Source: an uncultured Lachnospiraceae bacterium (GTDB taxonomy: Bacteria > Bacillota > Clostridia > Lachnospirales > Lachnospiraceae). Taken from it: a stretch of 64,000 bases of DNA. Below the pieces are notes generated by a model. It made no database searches. It saw only the letters and a list, made by a program, of their open reading frames with translations, and was not told the DNA's origin. The number at the start of each line of letters is the position of its first letter. Positions within the stretch are counted from its first letter, which is position 1. Shown here one piece after another: positions 58,383 to 64,000 of this stretch. The stretch lies in contig CAJTVN010000001.1 in assembly GCA_910579685.1 (NCBI GenBank), forward strand, positions 6,250-70,249, read 5' to 3'. The translations under genes and the position numbers were made by a program.

Positions 58383-59951
58383 ATGAACAAAAAAATAAAG
58401 CTGTTTCTTGTGGTGGGAGCCGGAGTAATCGGTATCGGCATTCTCATCCTTCTTCTTTCTGCGGCCATGAATGACAGCAAAAAGGAGAGAGACAAAATTA
58501 TAGAGACACTCACAGTATTGGAGCAGGAGGAAGCTTCCCCGGAAAAAGCCAGGAATGCGGAACCTGACAGTGCGCCCGGGGATGCGGATCCGCCAAATGC
58601 GGCGGCATCGCCGGAGAATACGGCCGCACAGGATACGCCCGCTCCTGCGCCCTCGGGGGAAAAGCAGGAGCAGATTACGGTCGGCGCACTGGATGACGCA
58701 CAGGATCCCCAAGAGTCCTCCGCAGCCGGGAATGAGGCGGCCGCCGGAGCCGAGGTGAATGTGGCAAATATCAGCCCGGATGAAACGGCGGGGATCACGG
58801 TGGGGATTGACGTCTCCAAATATCAGGGAACCGTGGACTGGCAGAAGGTAAAGAATGCCGGTATTGAATTCGCCATGGTCCGGGTGGGATACCGGGCCAA
58901 ATCCACGGGTGAAATCTTTGAAGATCCCACGGCAAGATACAATCTCCAGGAAGCCCAGAAGGCGGGGATTAAGCTGGGCGCCTACTTTTTTTCCTCGGCG
59001 GTGACAACCGAGGAGGCGAAAGCCGAGGCGGTCTTTACGAAGGATATTATTGCCAAATATAAGATCACTTATCCGGTGGCCTACAATTGTGAGGATTTCC
59101 TCTCGCCGGACAGCCGCCAGTACGGACTTGACCCGGCCGCAAGAACGAATCTGGCAATGGCCTTTCTGGACGAGATCGCACAGGGAGGCTACACGCCCAT
59201 GTTTTATGCGGCAAAGGGAGAGCTGGAGGGAAGCGCCCAGTGGGATACCCAGGCTCTTAGCGGCCGATATAAGATATGGGTGGCCCAGTATCCGGATGCC
59301 CCCTATCCGCAGACCCAGGCTTCCTCCTACGGCGGAAGCCATGACATGTGGCAGTACACCAGTCAGGGCGTGGTGGATGGGATCAGCAAAAAGACGGACG
59401 TTAATCTTGCTTATTTCAGCTTTACGAAGGAGGCCGAGGCAAAGGACGAGACGCCGGCCGAGGTTGTGGAGGCGGATCCCGAGGTGGGAATTATCTTTAC
59501 TGAAGTAAACGAGACGGTGACGGCCAAGCAGGAGACGAATCTGCGCTCCGAGCCCAGCACCTTAAATGACGGAAGTATTGCGGGAAAGCTGGTTCACGGA
59601 GATACGGCCCAGCGCACGGGAATCGGCCACAACGGCTGGTCCAGGCTGATCTATAATGGCCAGACTTACTATGCGGTCACGAACTATCTGACAACGGATA
59701 TGAATGATACGGGACAGCAGGCTCCGCCTCAGGGGCCTGTCTATACGCCGGTAAGCGAGACGGTAACGGCAAAGGATGAGACGAATCTGCGCTCTGAGCC
59801 GGGAACCGGAAGAGATGACACCATTGTGGGAGTGCTTCATAATGGGGAGACGCTTACAAGAACAGGAATCGGGGATAACGGCTGGTCACAGCTGGAATAC
59901 AACGGCCAGACGGTATATGCGGTGACAAGCTATCTCACCGCCGCACAGTAG
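58383..59951 (+). CDS. Membrane-anchored GH25 muramidase with two SH3-like repeats
   Basis: TM helix, Pro/Ala linker, GIDVSKYQG, GAYFFS, WVAQY, MWQYTS; TVTAK.ETNLRSEP...GWS.L.YNGQ occurs twice. Confidence 0.9.
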   Translation: MNKKIKLFLVVGAGVIGIGILILLLSAAMNDSKKERDKIIETLTVLEQEEASPEKARNAEPDSAPGDADPPNAAASPENTAAQDTPAPAPSGEKQEQITVGALDDAQDPQESSAAGNEAAAGAEVNVANISPDETAGITVGIDVSKYQGTVDWQKVKNAGIEFAMVRVGYRAKSTGEIFEDPTARYNLQEAQKAGIKLGAYFFSSAVTTEEAKAEAVFTKDIIAKYKITYPVAYNCEDFLSPDSRQYGLDPAARTNLAMAFLDEIAQGGYTPMFYAAKGELEGSAQWDTQALSGRYKIWVAQYPDAPYPQTQASSYGGSHDMWQYTSQGVVDGISKKTDVNLAYFSFTKEAEAKDETPAEVVEADPEVGIIFTEVNETVTAKQETNLRSEPSTLNDGSIAGKLVHGDTAQRTGIGHNGWSRLIYNGQTYYAVTNYLTTDMNDTGQQAPPQGPVYTPVSETVTAKDETNLRSEPGTGRDDTIVGVLHNGETLTRTGIGDNGWSQLEYNGQTVYAVTSYLTAAQ

Positions 59952-59959
59952 GAGGCAGT

Positions 59960-60679
59960 ATGGAAATTCGAAATGAATACACTTCATTTAACAGTAAGAA
60001 ATATCACGATCATACCCATCATATAACCAAGTGCCTGCATGAGGAGCGGCCGGTGAAATCCGAAGCTGCCGCACAAGGAGCAGGTTCCGGCAGCGGGACG
60101 GCGGCGGGAAAGAACGTGGAGCTCTCAAGGGATGGAGATATCTACCATATGAATGCTTCCTATGCCGCGGGCAGGAGGCAGACAGGAAAGTCCAAAAGCC
60201 TTCTGAAAGGTTTTTGGGATGCCCTTGGAGAGGAGGGCGGTACCGAGGGGAAGGGACACGGTACAATGACGGCTTTTAAGGAGAATCTTCTTTCCGGTAT
60301 CTATGGGGCGGCGGATGCCCTCAAAGCTTCTTTTACCAGGCGGATTGCAGTCGGAATCAATCGGATTCAGGAACGGATCCGCACGGGCACACAGGGGGGA
60401 CGAAGGTATTTCAGAAGAAGCAGGGATGCTTTTGCCGCCCTGGCAGACGGAAGGGCATCCTCGAATAAGGAGCCAAAAGACCGCCGCAGGATCCGGCAGG
60501 AACCGCTTAAGGATCAGGCATTTTCCACAAAAGGGCAGCGAGAGAGTGCGGAAAAAATTCTGGTAAACAGCCATCTGACGGATTCTTACAGCAAAAAGGG
60601 CGAATACTGTCAGCTGGGTGAAAATCTTACCTATAACAAGAAAGCGGGAAAAGGGAGAGAAAGCGCCGCAAGGCCGTAA
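59960..60679 (+). CDS. Hypothetical basic protein
   Basis: AGGAGG RBS overlapping the GH25 stop; 239 aa; no recognisable domain. Confidence 0.65.
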   Translation: MEIRNEYTSFNSKKYHDHTHHITKCLHEERPVKSEAAAQGAGSGSGTAAGKNVELSRDGDIYHMNASYAAGRRQTGKSKSLLKGFWDALGEEGGTEGKGHGTMTAFKENLLSGIYGAADALKASFTRRIAVGINRIQERIRTGTQGGRRYFRRSRDAFAALADGRASSNKEPKDRRRIRQEPLKDQAFSTKGQRESAEKILVNSHLTDSYSKKGEYCQLGENLTYNKKAGKGRESAARP

Positions 60680-60745
60680 GATATGCTTGATAAAAGCGGG
60701 ATAAAACAGTATACTTAAAGACAAAAAGGCGGGAGAGGTTATCAT

Positions 60746-61672
60746 ATGGGATATCAGTCAATACCTTACGACAAGAGAGTGAAGGAAAATATCAGAAATT
60801 ATTCTTTTTCCAACCTGTATCATATGGATACGGTCAAGGAGTATCTGAAAAATCTGGCAAAGGCTGTGGAAATCAGTATTTTACTGACAGACCGCCACGG
60901 CGAGAAGGAAATTCTGATCGGCGATGGTTTTGTGGGCTTTCGGCCGGACGTTGTAAACGAGCCGGGAAGAAAGGTGAGGGTGCAGAACCGTACCATTGGG
61001 CATCTGTACGTCAAGGAAACGAAACCGCAGGAGGACGATTGCCTGGTCCGGGCGCTGATGGACGGCACGGTAAAGCTCCTGGAGCGTCTTGGGGAAGAGA
61101 CTTATCTGCGGCACGAGAGCAGTATTTATCTTGAGGAGCTGGAGGTCCTGCTGAAGGAGAAGCGCCGTCAGGTGATCCAGAATGAGACGGATGACGCACT
61201 TACCGGCGTCTACAATAAAATGTATTTTGAATCCAGGATGGATGTGATAGACCGCGCGGAGATCATTCCGGTTGCGGTTCTCAATGTCAATATCAACGAC
61301 TGGAAATACGCCAACGACCATTTCGGCGACGAGGAGAGCGACCGGCTGATCAAGACCGTTGCCGATATCCTGAAGAAGGAGGCAAAGCCCGATTTTATTC
61401 TCGGAAGGATAGACGGAGACGCTTTTGGCGTGCTGATCCCCATGGCCACCGAGGGAGAGGCGGAGGATTACATAAAGAGAATACAGGAGGCCTGCGATAC
61501 CTATGAGGATCCGCATCTTGCGCCCTCTGTGGCGGTGGGAATGGTGGTAAAGACCAACATAGAGGAAAAACTGGAAGAGAGAATGTCGGATGCGGAATAC
61601 GAGATGTTCAACAACAAATTCGAGGTAAAAAATGCGCCGGGTTATCAGGAGAGGCTGCATAAAGGAATGTGA
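60746..61672 (+). CDS. Degenerate GGDEF-domain protein with a PocR-like N-terminus
   Basis: DALTGVYN, NDHFGD..SD, GRIDGDAF, SVAVG, DAEYEMF..K. Confidence 0.8.
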   Translation: MGYQSIPYDKRVKENIRNYSFSNLYHMDTVKEYLKNLAKAVEISILLTDRHGEKEILIGDGFVGFRPDVVNEPGRKVRVQNRTIGHLYVKETKPQEDDCLVRALMDGTVKLLERLGEETYLRHESSIYLEELEVLLKEKRRQVIQNETDDALTGVYNKMYFESRMDVIDRAEIIPVAVLNVNINDWKYANDHFGDEESDRLIKTVADILKKEAKPDFILGRIDGDAFGVLIPMATEGEAEDYIKRIQEACDTYEDPHLAPSVAVGMVVKTNIEEKLEERMSDAEYEMFNNKFEVKNAPGYQERLHKGM

Positions 61673-61678
61673 TTCAGG

Positions 61679-61705
61679 GGAACCGGAAACGGTTCCTTTG
61701 TTTTT
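61679..61705 (+). terminator. Intrinsic terminator
   Basis: GGAACCG-GAAA-CGGTTCC followed by TTTGTTTTT. Confidence 0.8.
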
Positions 61706-61870
61706 GCGGGCGAAATTATAAACTATTTATTAAATCAGGTTTGATAGATAAAAGTGAGAAAACAAGAGAAAAAATGAGTTATAAAGAGAAAATATGGTAA
61801 AAAACAAATTAATACGACTGTGAAAGCGTTTGCAAAGCGGTGCATATAAAATTAATATATGTTCTAGTAA

Positions 61871-61897
61871 TTAGCACTCAAACAGAATGAGTGCTAA
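61871..61897 (+). promoter_or_regulatory. CIRCE element (HrcA operator)
   Basis: Exact TTAGCACTC-N9-GAGTGCTAA. Confidence 0.97.
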
Positions 61898-61944
61898 CAG
61901 AATGCAGGCAAGATTCACAGATACAATAAAAGGAGGCAATTATA

Positions 61945-62229
61945 ATGAAGTTAGTACCGTTAGGAGACAGAGTTGTATTGAAGCAGTTGGTTGCAGAGGA
62001 GACTACGAAATCCGGCATCGTTCTTCCCGGACAGAGTAAGGAAAAGCCCCAGCAGGCAGAGGTGATTGCGGTGGGCCCCGGCGGAACCGTGGACGGTAAG
62101 GAAGTTAAGATGGAAGTGAAGACCGGTGATCAGGTGATCTATTCCAAATATGCAGGAACAGAGGTCAAGATCGAAGAGGAAGAGTTCATCATTGTTAAGC
62201 AGAGTGATATTCTTGCCGTAATTCAGTAG
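61945..62229 (+). CDS. groES: Co-chaperonin GroES
   Basis: PLGDRV, TKSGIVLP, KYAGTEV. Confidence 0.99.
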   Translation: MKLVPLGDRVVLKQLVAEETTKSGIVLPGQSKEKPQQAEVIAVGPGGTVDGKEVKMEVKTGDQVIYSKYAGTEVKIEEEEFIIVKQSDILAVIQ

Positions 62230-62268
62230 GATTATGTATCCAGCGGGATTATGCAGCAGGTAAACTAA

Positions 62269-63918
<1,650 letters not shown>

Positions 63919-64000
63919 GGAAAGCCGGCGGCGGGATTTCCGTCTCGGGTCTGCGAAAATTAATATAATTCTATTGTAAAAAGATCGGGCAGGTATGCTA

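Noticed and set aside
59510..59940. Long internal direct repeat
   Set aside because: Explained by the two SH3-like cell-wall-binding domains of the GH25 protein.

Overview
Chromosomal window from a spore-forming Clostridia bacterium, most likely Lachnospiraceae-like (inferred from gene content and order). It is mostly core genome: a receiver-less Spo0A-type DNA-binding protein, glgA, a SpoVB/MurJ-like flippase, spore-coat genes, rqcH, yicC-remA-gmk-rpoZ-rimO-pgsA-cinA-recA-recX-rny, nudF-spoIIM-xerD, DAHP synthase, hisS, a sulfite/nitrite reductase, RNase HI, uxuA/uxuB-like genes, nfo and CIRCE-groES-groEL. The accessory part (34.4-55.5 kb) is a carbohydrate-utilisation locus with three unusual properties. 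(1) Its divergent AraC regulator is split by a one-base frameshift inside a C9 homopolymer, a phase-variation candidate. (2) It embeds two ABC exporter half-transporters, one of which has lost its signature motif by an in-frame deletion. (3) A ~3.7 kb AT-richer segment of gene fragments sits between 30-bp imperfect direct repeats that duplicate the 3' end of the GH43 gene, resembling a decayed integrative element. Several families of short palindromic intergenic repeats are also present. No tRNA, rRNA, CRISPR array or intact transposase was seen. All product calls come from motif recognition by eye, with no database searches. I cannot claim a confirmed novel system; the best leads are ranked in the findings.
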